From NCBI GenBank assembly GCA_964270895.1, contig OZ185441.1: a stretch of 64,000 nucleotides of DNA; one strand, given 5' to 3'. The first letter of the stretch is position 1. Each line of letters begins with the position of its first letter. Position numbers and translations under genes: made by a program. The notes beneath the pieces are model-generated. The model made no database searches and was not told the origin of the DNA. It saw only the letters and a program-made list of their open reading frames with translations. Positions 41,300 to 53,850 of this stretch are shown here, piece after piece. Origin of the DNA: Podarcis filfolensis. Its lineage: Eukaryota.

Positions 41300-43329
41300 T
41301 ATGTGTACATCTCTTGTGCAATGTTTTAAGATTTGTGGGTAGGAGCTGGATGTGTATGGAGAAAATGATCAAAAGGTAGAGGATTCAGGTTCTTGTGTAC
41401 AATGAATTTGCTGGATTGAGTACAGGGGGCACTGAAGCAAACTGCATGTAGATACTCAGTTCCTGTGCTTTCAGAGTTTCAGAGGTAGGTGTGATTTCAT
41501 AAAGTTCAAGAGAAGCCTTGCTCTTGCCCAGTTTGTAAGAGGAGCATTTGAAGCACTTCCTGATCTCAGGTTTTAATGAGAGAAGAAATTAATCCTGTGT
41601 GGGACAGCCCTCATCACTCTCTCTCTCTTATTGTTATTGCTGTATGGGCTTGAACCACAGATGGAATAAATCAGGAGGTCTCTTAAAAACAGCTTTGAAG
41701 TGGAAAAACACAGTTCATATATCCATGACTGACTAGCTACTGTTCCTGTATTTCGTATAAACAAGAATGTTGTGTGTATTTTCCCAATTGGCTTCATGTA
41801 CTGTCAACAAAAGGATTCTGGAATTTTGGCTTTTTAGCTGACAGTTTTGCTGATCCATTAGGTGAAGGAGTACAGGGTTTCACCTTCCACAGAAGAAAAA
41901 ATGCTGACAAGTATAAAAATGTGCTGATCTAATTAAACAATAGATGTGGCTTGGGCAACAAAACAGGCCTCCACTGCAGGAGTCAAGGGCTAGAAACAGG
42001 GCATGCCTGACCTAACAGAAAGAGAATATTACAACCAGTGACTCTCAGAACTTTCTGCAGACTTTCTGCAGCAATGCACACAAAAATGCAAACTCATTGA
42101 AATCTGGTGAACTGAATTTATGACAATATTTACACGTGCACCATTAACAGTGTGTTCAGATTACAGAATTGGGTTTCCAAAGAGTTCGGCCCATTTTAAT
42201 TTTAGTCATGTAGGAGAGCATGCATTAGTCTATACAAGCTGTATATTAAAAAAAGATTATTCAGGGTTGTTTTTTATTTGCTAGCAGTTGTGAAGATGGC
42301 CACTTGAATTTCTCCCCTGCCTTGAAGCCGTTGCAAGAGCAAGGTGAGAATTTTAGAAAGCACACCAAGAGGCACTTCATGCAAGCAGCCTCCATCAGAC
42401 TGCATTTCAATCAATTCCTCACACTGCTTCTGTGTGCATGCTTACTATAACAACTGGCTCTTTCCTTTTTCCCATTCAGTATAAAACGTTCAGTGCCTCT
42501 TTAAAATAATTCTGGCAGAGTAAACTTCACATTCCTAATACATTTACTAGGCTGTGCTCGCAACATATTTTACTTATGAGTAATTGAGGAAATGAGCATT
42601 TCCACTGCAGCAGAGTTCCTGCCTGTGCCTTGTACTTTCAATGAGTCATCAAGCAGATTAAATTCAGAATGCCATGCATACTAGGCTTGGGGCCCTTGGA
42701 AAACGACATCTCTCTGGCAAATGCCACTACAACATATGCTTAAAAGTTCATATAAAGAACACTTAGTTGTAAATTGTTTAGAAAATATTGGATACTTTTT
42801 CACCATTATTTAAAAAGAAGAAATGGATGGTATATTTATGCCTTGGGATCAGCGTGTTGAAAATGACCTGTAAGTGATCTTGTCTGTGCCAATCCACTAT
42901 AGCAAGATCCTCTGAAAACAAAACAAAAAAACACTGCTCCTTTCTCCCCCACACCCCGCTTGCCCTTTTTAAAATCAGTTGAGCTTATAATTACATAAAA
43001 TTAAAAATGCAACAAAGTGAGGAAGACTTCAATACCATGAAATAATAATAGGGGGAAACCATCAAATCAGGTCGCTAAATGCCTGTCTTGAAATGTTCAC
43101 TCGTTAAAATCTCAAGACTGACAATTTTCAGAGATGTGAGATGGTGCAAACATGAACCCAAAGCAAAGCTTCCTCAGTGAATTTAAATTGGTTTCAGGAC
43201 AGTTTGCATAGGAAGAGAAATTCCCTACAATTTACATGTCCCAGAACATTATAGGTCAAAGCCAGCCCCTTGAAGAGTGTCCAGAAGTGAAATAATGCAG
43301 TTTAAAAATAAATCTTAAATAAGTCTGGC

Positions 43330-43475
43330 AGCCCATGCCCATCTAGCAGTGAGCTGCCAAATCCTGCAGCAGCTGGTACTTTCAAGCACTCTTCAAGGTC
43401 AACCCCAATCGGAGTACATTGCAATAGTCTGGTTTACAAGAGCACAGGGCACAGCGGTTAAATCCTTGTTCTGGT
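43330..43475 (-). mobile_element. L2 LINE fragment
   Basis: The - strand reads DYCNVLRLGLTLKSA*KYQLLQDLAA, similar to L2 DYCNALYxGLPLKTxxKLQLVQNAAA. Confidence 0.55.
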
Positions 43476-44082
43476 GGGGGGAACAAGTGCAATGGATAAG
43501 GGCGATTTTGAGATACCATCATCACCTCTTTATGTCTAATTTTGAGGCTGAACCAACAAAAATGGTTTGCAAGCCTTTTAGTTCTCTTCTATGGCGACTG
43601 GTTTAGGATGAACCTACTGGACTCGAAGTGACTGAAACCAATGCAAATGTCAGATGGTCTCCATGGTTTTAAAACAATATAATCAAAAAGGGTGATAGAT
43701 GATGGGAACATAGGAAACTCTGTACTGATTCAGACCATTGGTGTACCTAACTCAGTATTGTACACACTCACTGGCAGCAGCTCTCCAGGATTTCAAGCAC
43801 GAATTTCCTCCAAGCCCTACCCAGCCATCTACTGTGTAGCACTGCTAGTTGCTGTTCTCCTTGCTGCTGTTCTCCTTGCATGTTTATACCTCACTCCCCC
43901 TTTCCTGTGCCATTGCCCGGGGGGGGGGTGAGCGACCTTCCATTGTTGCAGTAGGTGTGTGCGTATGTGTGCAAGGTGTCCTCAACATTTTCTCTGGTTT
44001 GGAAATTACCCCATGGGCCCCAAGGGGTTTTTGACCCTTGGTTTTATGCCTTGTCCTTGATTTCAACCAGGTCACCCTGTTC

Positions 44083-44216
44083 CAGGTATGGGGAAATCTA
44101 CGCCCCTCCAGATGTTCCTGGACTACAACTCCCATCATCCCTAACCACTGGCCATTGAGGCTGATGGGAGTTGGAGTCCAACAACACATGTAGGGCCACT
44201 GGCTCCCCAATCGCTG
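44083..44216. mobile_element. Older copy of the same hAT hairpin-MITE group
   Basis: CCCTCCAGATGTT..GGACTACAACTCCCATCATCCCT core; decayed TSD CCCTGTTC/CCCTATTT. Another degenerate relative lies at about 47964-48091. Confidence 0.65.
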
Positions 44217-46689
44217 CCCTATTTAGACAAAAGGCATTAAGCCCAACAGTCCCTAACTCCTGGTTTAACCACTGGTCTTTTGGAGATGTCTGTATTTTGT
44301 TAGCGTGAGGTGCTGGCATTCTCCTTCTTCAGCATTCAGCTCTCTTTCTAGAAGTTAAATCTCTGGATGCAAATAAATTGTCTCTAGTACACAAACAGAA
44401 GAGCACATGGCATGAACACTTAATGGCACCACACAGTGTAGAAACCACCATTAACAATCTTCACCTGCTGAGATACATTTTCAAACAGCACTGTATTGCA
44501 AAACAATTGTTTCCCTAATATATATCTTTAACAGAAAGAACAAACATCCCATTGGCTTTGAAATCAGTGGAGAGGCTGTTTGCTGAGTAAATAAATACAG
44601 CAAGTGCTGAACTGTCTTCAAGGACATGTAATGGATTAAGACTTTCTGGGGCTTGGGCAGTGATGCTTTCTAAGCATCAGGCAATGTGAGAAAGCTGCAT
44701 CAAGCAGCAAATCTGGGAGGCAGTTTTGAACCTGCTTCTTGTTGCTGTGCCTTTAGGGGACTACTTCTATGCTTGCATCTATGTTCTGGCTCAGACTACA
44801 TCTGTAAGTAAGCAGATATTTATAAAGGAAGAGCCCATCCGTGCCCTCTTCTCTCAAGGAAATTTATCTAAAACTCAAAATGTGTTTATTTTCCCATGTG
44901 TTGGAGAACCACCTACCAAGGAGAAGCAAAATTGTGCACACAATAAGCCTAATGGTAGCTTCATATCCTCTTTTAATACTGTCCAGTCAATGTATCAAGA
45001 GCATTGTGAGTTACTTTGAAACCAAACAATGACAGCAAGAATGTTGACAATTAAAAAAATTATGTCATCCTACTACTCTTTCCTTTAAAAGGTGGCTGAG
45101 ATCTGAGCTGAGAATGTGTTCGATTACAATGTTTACAAGGCAGACAATGCTCCAAGACTTGGACCAAATGTCCCCTTTTGTGGGATTTTGGAAGAGAATG
45201 TATAATTTGAAGTTTTATTATTATTACTAATTGAATTTATATACAGCCCTATATCTGCAGGTCTCAGGTGCCTCACAGAATAAAATCAGAATATGAAACC
45301 ACAAAGTACATAATCAAAATAAAACAACAACAACAACCAAATAACCTCTATTTATATAGAGGTTTTCCTGTCTTGGAAATACTTTTTGTATATTTTCTAT
45401 ATTATTTGATGGAAAATATAAAATATGTTTAAGAAGGAAAAGGTTCAGAGCATTCATTCTGCTGTTCAGAGGAAGAACACTAACATTTCAACGGTACTAA
45501 AATAAAGGCCTCATATCTTGTCTAATGACATAAATGAGTAGCTTCGCTGCTTGCTATCTTTTTTGTATTCAGGACAGAGTCACAATGACCCAGTTTCTTC
45601 TTATCTTCTCGCAGTTCCTTCCTTCTAAGATTTCTGCCCTGGAGCCAAGAATATAGTTAGGAACATTAAGCAACCTTTGCTCGTAGCTCTATCTCAAATC
45701 CTGCGTGCAATATCCTGCTAACCCAAGCATGGGTTGTCTGGACACAGGAATGTAAATAAGATAACATGAAATAGGCTTAGGATATTGTTTACAGATGCCA
45801 GGCATACAGAATTTTAAGTATATTGTCTTCCCTGTGGTGGGTTATCATCAAATATGTAAAAAGATAGGGGGCTGACTGGTTTCATTTTTAAGAAAGAAAC
45901 TTGATACAGCTCAACAAAATGAGAGAGTCTGTTTGACCCTTCCCATGCTGGTTGTGGCTAATAATAATAATAAATTTTAATTATATCCCGCCCTCCTCAG
46001 CCGAAGCCGGGCTCAGGGCGGCTAACAACAATAAAATAGTACAACATTTTGTAAAGGGATTAGAGTCCAACAATATATGGAGACGGGTGTAGGAAGGGGG
46101 GGCGGTGAGGGCGGTCCGCCCCGGGTGTCATCCCTGAGGGGGGTGACAAAAAGGCACACCGTGGGGGGCTCGCCCTGGCCCCCCCCCCGGGTGCACAGCA
46201 TAGCCGCCTCTGTGTGGAGAGCCACAGGGTCCCCACTGCTGATCTGCAGAAACTTCCTTCTCTAACCATTGCTTGATTATGTTTTTGTTATTACATCTTA
46301 TATTGGTAAAATAGGGCTGTGGTTGATCTGAAGCTAAATATTCGTCAGCAGTGTGTTGCAGCGTCAGAAAAGGCTGGCGTGGTTTTAGGCTGCGTTAATA
46401 CAATCATGGTTTCCCAAGTCACAAGGACGAAGGATGAGGAAGAAATTAAACTCAGTTCACTTTTAAAGGAGAACATGCCACGTTTGTATTTTCCAAAACA
46501 ATATGTGAACTGAAACACAGTCATATTTAAATAAATAAATAAAAATTAAAAAACCTACTTCAAACTGATGTGGAAATGTGTAGAACTGAACTTAAAATGG
46601 GGGGGGGGAGACTAGGAGAAACCAAAATTGACAGATTCTCCAATGCCTACTTTGTTCTGGGTAAACTGACATGCGATTGTTCAAGTTGC

Positions 46690-46690
<1 letters not shown>

Positions 46691-46735
<45 letters not shown>
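46691..46735 (+). repeat. (ATT)15 microsatellite (tail of a reversed L2-type LINE)
   Basis: 15 perfect ATT units directly adjoining the LINE 3' end. Confidence 0.95.
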
Positions 46736-46980
46736 TATATACCGCCCTATACTCAGAGGTCTCAGGGCGGTTCACATAAAAAGATCACAGTATATAAAAT
46801 AAAAACAAAAGCAATAACTCAATAATACCCCCCCCAAAAAAACCCCACATTTTAAAAGAGTATGGGATGTTGATTGGGTCAACCAAAGGCCTGGTTAAAA
46901 AGGAACGTTTTTGCCTGGTGCCTAAAGGTGTATAATGAAGGTGCCAGGCGAACTTCCCAGGGGAGAGCTTTCCACAGACT
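46691..46980 (-). mobile_element. L2-type LINE 3' end with (ATA)n tail
   Basis: Reversed tail motif ACCGCCCTGAG...GGGCGGTATATAAAT(AAT)n. Related shorter tails occur at about 45225-45350 and 45960-46050. Confidence 0.6.
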
Positions 46981-48227
46981 AAACTATATCTACAGTGAAT
47001 TATTTCGGCTTATCAGTTCTATGTAAATCACTTGGTTTTTTGTTTTTTCCTTTAATGAGGTACTTGCTGCTGGGTGCTGTAGGTCAGTAGGAATTCCTTG
47101 GTCTGTGCCAACCCATCTGACACTTAAACACAAATATATTTTGCTGCTAGTCTCATATATCCTAACCTGGCAGGCACCCAGAACAGGCCACGTTTTGAAA
47201 ATAACACATTTTCATGACCTCTGCAGCACACAAGCTTGGGTGGCTTTTCTTATAAGAGTTTCAGGTGGGCTCTTGTGGGCACTGAAAGGTGAGGCAGGCT
47301 ATGCAAACAGAAAAAGAGAAAAAGGATGAATGCAAAGGCAGGAGAAAGGGCTGCTTATATGGCTTCCAACCCATGTGTGATTGAAACTGAGTAACGTAGA
47401 TGGCTCTGGCGCCTGGAGAATGACAAACAGCAGCTGTGATCGACCTGTTGCTCAGTCGGTTCTCAGAGCACACAGAACAGGTGGCCTCAACTGAGCTCCG
47501 GGCATCTCGGGAGAGAAAGCTTTAAAATAATTCTGATTATATAATATCAACTCAAACCGAAGAAAATGAGGCCAAGTAAAATTAGTATGTCCCTGCAAAA
47601 CTCCCACGAACCACCCTATGACTGCCCGAACTAGTAATTCACAAAACAGAAAATAGAAATTGTCTATTAGGACCTATGGGTTGTTTCACTTAATTTAATT
47701 TCAGCTGGCAGCCTTTAACTCGGGAGAGAGGAGCCTGTGTGGTCCTCTGGATGTTGTTGGACTTCAACTCCCATCAGCCCCTGCCAGCTCCACTGATCTA
47801 TCTGTGGTATAGCTGGTGGCTGTTTATACCACACAAACAATTATTAAGAAGCCCCAAAGACTCAGCGAGGCAACTATGGAGAGTGCATTGAGTTCTAGGG
47901 ACACCAAGCAGCATTGCCAGTTTAAATCCCTCAAACGCAAATTCAGTTCCACATAATCTAGGACAGGGGTGAGGAACCTGTTGCTGGAGCCCACCTTGCA
48001 GAAGACCCAGCCTGACAGCCAATGGTCAGGGTTCAGGGATGATGGCAGTTGAAGTAAAACACCTGGGAGAGCCATGGGTCCCCAATCCCTGCACACAGGT
48101 TTCTCCTACTTACTAAAACCACAGGTTGCTTTGTGTTGCTGTTGTTCAGTGGTTTTTTTGTTTAAGATAATGAATCTGTAGGTAGGGGGTTTATTATCTA
48201 ATTACCGGCTGCTATTACTAATATTAA

Positions 48228-48580
48228 GGGACGCGGGTGGTGCTGTTGGTTAAACCACAGAGCCTAGGACTTGCCGATCAGAATGTCGGCGGTTCAGATC
48301 CCCGCAACGGGGTGAGCTCCCTTTGCTCGGTCCCTGCTCCTGCCAACCTAGCAGTTCGAAAGCACGTCAAAGTGCAAGTAGATAAAAAGGTACTGCTCCG
48401 GGAAGGTAAACAGCGTTTCTGTGCGCTGCTCTGGTTTGCCAGAAGCGGCTCAGTCATGTTGGCCACATGACCCGGAAGCTGTACGCCGGCTCCTTCGGCC
48501 AATAAAGCGAGATGAGCGCCGCAACCCCAGAGTCGGCCACGACTGGACCTAATGGTCAGGGGTCTCTTTACCTTTACCTT
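48228..48580 (+). mobile_element. Sauria SINE, full length, intergenic
   Basis: Colinear with the 34823 copy, with an (ACCTTT)n tail; decayed TSD TATTACTAATATTAA / TACTACTAAAATTGA (12/15). Confidence 0.92.
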
Positions 48581-48713
48581 TACTACTAAAATTGAATTTA
48601 GGATATATTAATAACTATGAAAGTAAGTTTATGAGGCAGGAGTGAGGAACTAGTTGTTTTCCAAACATTGTGGGACTCTACCTCCCAGTAGCCCCAGCCA
48701 GCATAAATGATAA

Positions 48714-48852
48714 TAGAATAATAGAGTTGGAAGGAACCATGAGGATCATCTAGTCCACCCCCGTGCAATGCAGGAATCTTTGCCCAGTGTGGGGTTTGAA
48801 TCCATGAACCTGAGATTAAAAATCCCATGCTCTACTGACTGAGCTGTCCCAG
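48714..48852 (-). mobile_element. tRNA(Lys)-derived SINE with CR1-type tail (Squam2-like)
   Basis: - strand: CAGCTCAGTCAGTAGAGCATGGGATTTTTAATCTCAGGTTCATGGATTCAAACC followed by GGACTAGATGATCCTCATGGTTCCTTCCAACTCT. The family name is from memory. Confidence 0.65.
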
Positions 48853-51800
48853 GTCCCAGGGATGTTAGGGATGTTAGGAGTCACAGTCCAGCATCTGGAG
48901 GGGACAAGCTTGCTGAGTGACCTTGGGCCACTCACTCACTCACTCTCAGCCTAACCTACCTCACAGGGCTGTTGTAAGAATAAAATAGTGAGAGGGAGAA
49001 CCCAGTACATTAACTTAAGCCCCTTGAATTTTCTGGTATTAATTAAAGACACATTTCTTCACCCAGGTCTTTGGGATATCTTAATGTTTGTGCCATGCCA
49101 TCTATATTGATTTACCAGGTACAGTACTGTGTTGCTGCTATGAAGTGTGAAATGTTGGGTTTAATGTTTTGCTGTTTTATTGGATATAATGATATTGTTG
49201 TATTTTTATTGCCTTGCTTTTTGTAAACTATCCTAGGGTCTTTTGAAAAAGGGTGGTCTATATAGAGCATTGTGCCAATGTTAAGTGACTTACTCCAAAG
49301 TAGTCACATTAGATGGGTTAATTATTCCAGATGAGGTTAGCAGCTTGAAGATCAAAGCCACAAATTGCAGCACTTGTTATTTATGTAACAGTGGTATTAA
49401 ACAGGGATCTGTCCTTGAAGGTGTGAAAGAGAAATGAATGAATGAATTCACCCAATGCTGGGCATGCAGGAAAAGGCAAAGTCTGCCATCTTTGCCAGGA
49501 AATAATGATTGTTTCTTGTTTGTGCATGTTTCAACCTGCCTCCAAGAAAGCCTTTAGATGTCATATAAGGGGGGGTTGGGGTGGCGGCTTCTGCTCCCAT
49601 TATATCAGTGTGGTAAGGATTCTATAGCAATGCTTCACTGCAGCACAAACAGGGACCAGTTACAACCACGGGGAAAGTAAATTTTGCAAAATAAATTCAG
49701 GAGCAGCAGTACTACTTTATATTGCTGAAAGCAGCAGCCTAAATATGCCACAACCACCAAAAATATTTTGCTGACTCCCCAGTGGACTAAACTGAAGGCC
49801 TACGCAGCTTTTTTTTCCACAGGCATTCTGCCATTCTAAACATAGTACAAGCAGACTAAACGCAAACCAACTGACCATCAGGTCACATCAAGGTAAACTA
49901 CACTCAGTTAAGACACTTGTAAACTTTCAGGGATGACAGAAAAATGGTGAATCAATGAGGCAACATTAAGCAGAGGGCTGCTATCTCAGGTGAACAATAC
50001 TTTGTTTTTAAAAAGTCTCCCCCTCACCTCATTTTACCAAGTTATTTGCAGACCAAGCAGCACAAGTCAGTAGCTAATGCTATTAATAGTTCTGCCCTCT
50101 GAACATTGTTCTGCCCTCTGAAATTGGAGATTACAAACAGCACCAGCCACTGTTCTAAAGCAGCAGCATTCAACAGTTTGAGATATAGGGTCCACTTTTA
50201 ACTACAACCTGCAACATGAGACCCACTTTGTTGGTTTTTTCTTAATCATATACATCTACCTTCCTTCTTTTTCTACAGGCAAGAGCAGGGCTTCTGTACC
50301 TTTCAGAGTTGCATTGTAGGCGGAATGTTGCTAGATGCAGTGAAATGGTGAGAAGCTGCAAGCGCTGAAATTTCCCTTTTATACACAACTATCAAAGATA
50401 CAAGTGATCTATCCTCCTTTACATCTCGTCACACACACCCCGCCCCTCTTAAACAAACATAATAAATTGGTGGGAATGCCACTGTGGTTACTGACCTCAG
50501 ACTGTCATGCCAACCAAGTATGAGTCTTGACACCCCCCCCCCCCCAGTTGAAGATCAATGGTCTAGAGCAGGGGTCGAGAATTTCCAATCCTAATTAGGC
50601 TCAGCAGGAGTCCTGATTGGACTTCTAAATGACTGCTAACTAAAACATGCTCATTGCAGTTGCAAAACACATTTTAAAACTTTCATAAAGGCTGTTGTAT
50701 GATGTAACTTGAAAAGTTATCTTCACTGATATCAATGTGATTTTAGAATCCAAGTGTTACAGCCTTATCTTAATTATACTTTCATAACCACACATTTGTT
50801 TCTTTGCTCCACATGTTGCCACCCCCCCCTTTCTCTGTTGTTTCTGCATCTATTTTGATTAAGTCCAGTGGGGTAGGAACATGTTCCTTGCAAAACGCCA
50901 CAGGTGCACAGATGGTCATCAGGGATCGCTCCCAAGGCATGCAAATTTAATTTGTTGGAGTAAATTTAATTGAAGGGAGTCTGCTTCTGAGCAGCAGTGT
51001 CTGGACAGGCGACCAAAGTTACCCTGACTGAGCTGCTTGAAAGAGTGGATAATAAATAGAACTATCAATCATATTGCATCTTCACCTCACCCTCTGTTTC
51101 TCTAATTTGGTGTCGCTTTGATTCTGCATGGAGACCAGACTGACGTTTAAAAAAATGTAATGCTACTCTAACAACCATGTAACAGGCAGAAATCAAACAA
51201 GGGGAACTTTTTGCAGCATAGAGATGCAGCAATGGGAGAAGTCTGAGCTATCAATCCTCATGTCTTGATTTTATGATGCAGTTATTAAAAGGTGCAAAGC
51301 CTCTTGCCTGATAAGTGGATAGGTAGGTCGAGGGAAAATGAGGTAATCCTCAAGGGAAAACGAGGTCAAGGCAGGATCACATTACTTTGAATTCTGGAAC
51401 AGCATCACCAAGTGCACTTGTCTATTCATTGTGTGTGTGATTATTATTTAATTGTTTTTAATAAAGGTTTTATTGGGTTACAGAAGTACATACATCGTCT
51501 CCATGTTCAGATTATAAAGTCCTTTTTACACATCAGCTACATTCGTTTTAAATGGAAAACAGTACACACAAGTGGGGACCTGCAACAAATAAAACTTGTG
51601 AAGAGTGCTCCTATCAAGAGGTCCAGCCTGCTAGCGCTAGCCAAGCCTGCTTTCAGGAGACTCCCATTTCATTTCCTCAAAGCATTTTGTGACCAAGGAG
51701 CACACTCAGCCCTCCTTATTTTGTTCTGGGGTCCATCCCTTAGGGTGTTCCTCCAGCTTTTACGGACTCCTGCAAACCTGTCTGTTGACACCTTTCTGCT

Positions 51801-52679
51801 GGACAGTGCCTTTTTTTTATGTTCATGGGGTTGAGTTAGCTAACGGTAGAGAGGATAGTTGCATTCACCTCTTACTTCTTCCCCTCTTCAATTATTCTAG
51901 AATGTAAGCTCTTTGCGGTCCAAGACCTGTCTCTGTTTGCCTAGTGCTGGGCTAGGACAAGGGGGCAGCAGAGCTTTTTCCCTCCCCACCTATCCAAGAA
52001 GAGGAGGGGAGGGTCCTCCCCTTTTTAAAAGCCTTTTATGACCTGGAAAGCTAAGGGGGAAAGATTGCAATTCCCAATTTTAAACTCTTCCCGTGGCTGA
52101 TTCTCCCGCAAATCATTGCTTAGCAGGCCACATCGCCCAACCCCATCCCCACCCATCAGTGGCGGCCAGCCATAACCCATTTTTTACACTCTCTCAGCCT
52201 AACCTACCTCACAGGGTTGTTGTAAAGATAAAAGTGGGGAGGAGGGACGTGTTCCCTCACTCAGCCCCCTCCTTTCCCTGGAGATGAGCATACAAACCAA
52301 AACACAGGAGTCAATTCCTAGGGGCCGAGGTCCCTTCGCTCCCCCCAATAAAATATTTGAGGGGGTCAGGACCCTCCCCCCCCAAAAAAGTTGATGGGCA
52401 CTGTCATTCCAATGGTGCGCATGTGCTATGTCTTGTGATCGATTATGCGGGACAGGGCTTACCTGAGCCCCCCCCGAATATTTTATTCCAAGTTAGCACC
52501 CCTAAAACTAAAATAAATGAGGATTTGTACCCGCAGTCGGTGATGATTTCTTCCAAGGAAAGGCACTTTAGGATACGGGCACTGTTGGCACTTATCTTTA
52601 TGACCACCCTTTTCTAATGTATGTATACAGAACGGGGAACAAAAGGTTTGAAAGTGACCTTGCTTGGCGCTAGGAAACA

Positions 52680-53850
52680 GGCGGCGGAAGAAGGAAATGC
52701 GACCGTTTATTTCGCCCATGCGAGGTTTTTTAACAGCCCCCTCCCGCGCCCTTTCTCAGGAGGAATGCGGGCCACGCCCTTCCTCCGCCAAGAGCCCCGA
52801 TAGGCCAGGAGGAAGGAAAGGCGGGCCCGGCTCGGAGAAACTCCCCCCCCTCCTCCTCCGGCAAAGCGCAGCCTCTTCTGGCGAGCCCGCCCTTTTTCTC
52901 TCCTCACAGCCTCTTTGCGTCTAACAGAGCCAGGAGAAATGCGCTAAGAAGAACGAGGAGGAACACATCCGCGGAGGCGGCTTCGGCAAGATCTTTACCC
53001 ACCAATGGAACAAAGCAGGCCGAAGAAGACGAGAATGTGAAATCCTTCCGCCGGTAAGGAAACCGTTGATATAAGAAAAAAGGAGAGAGAGAGGAAAAAA
53101 AAGGGGGGGTTGTAAGAAAGTGGAGGGGGCGGGGCGGGGGAAGCTGAACGGGAGAGGCTCACGTGAGAGTCGCCCTTCAGCCAATAGGAGCTTCGGAGCC
53201 CGGCCGAACGGAGGCTTTTATAAGCCGCGGCTCGTCACAAAAAAGGAGAAAGGGGAGAAAAAAACCCGCCCACGACACAAGGGAAGCTGTCACGCGGCGG
53301 GCTGGGCGTTCGGCGCTGCTGCCGTTGCTGCTGCTGAGGGAACGCGGCGGGCGCGCGCACACGGGGGCGCGCTCTCGCTTGCCGGCGGCGGGATAAAGGG
53401 AAAAAGGGGGTGGGTGAGGAAGGGCGGGGCGGCGGCGAGTTCCACCTGGCGCGCGGCCGTCGCTGAGGGGGCCTGACAGACAAGAGGCGGGGTGGGTGTC
53501 AAACTTCCCCGCTCTCTCCATTTCCCGCTGCCCGAGCGGGGCCCCGACCCTAAAGCTGACCAGGTCAGTCTCTCTGAGGAGGGTGTGTTGCGTGTGTGTG
53601 TGTGTGTGTCTGTGTCTGTCTTGAGTGTGGTCTTGACACAGGCCCTGGGGCGGAGCGGAGCGTTTGTCTGCCGGTGTGTGTGTGTGAGAGAATGAAGAAA
53701 AGACCCGGGGAGGGTTAGGTGTCAGCTCTTGCCTGAGGCGATGCCTGGGGCCGCCGAGCAGGTGGAGGTGAGGAGGAGGTGGTTGTGGTGGCTGTGAGGC
53801 TGCTCTTGTGGCAGGTGCCGCCCAGCTACTGAAAAGGATGCCCGGGAGGG
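52680..53850 (+). promoter_or_regulatory. PDP1 CpG-island promoter and probable non-coding first exon(s)
   Basis: CpG-rich. GC boxes GGGGCGGGGCGGGG at about 53126-53140, E-box TCACGTGA at 53159-53166, CCAAT at about 53181-53185, TTTTATAA at 53217-53224. Best donor CAG|GTCAGT at 53563/53564. Confidence 0.7.

Noticed and set aside
48785-48852. tRNA-Lys(TTT)-like sequence
   Set aside because: The acceptor stem cannot pair and the sequence runs into a CR1-type tail, so it is a SINE head rather than a tRNA gene.
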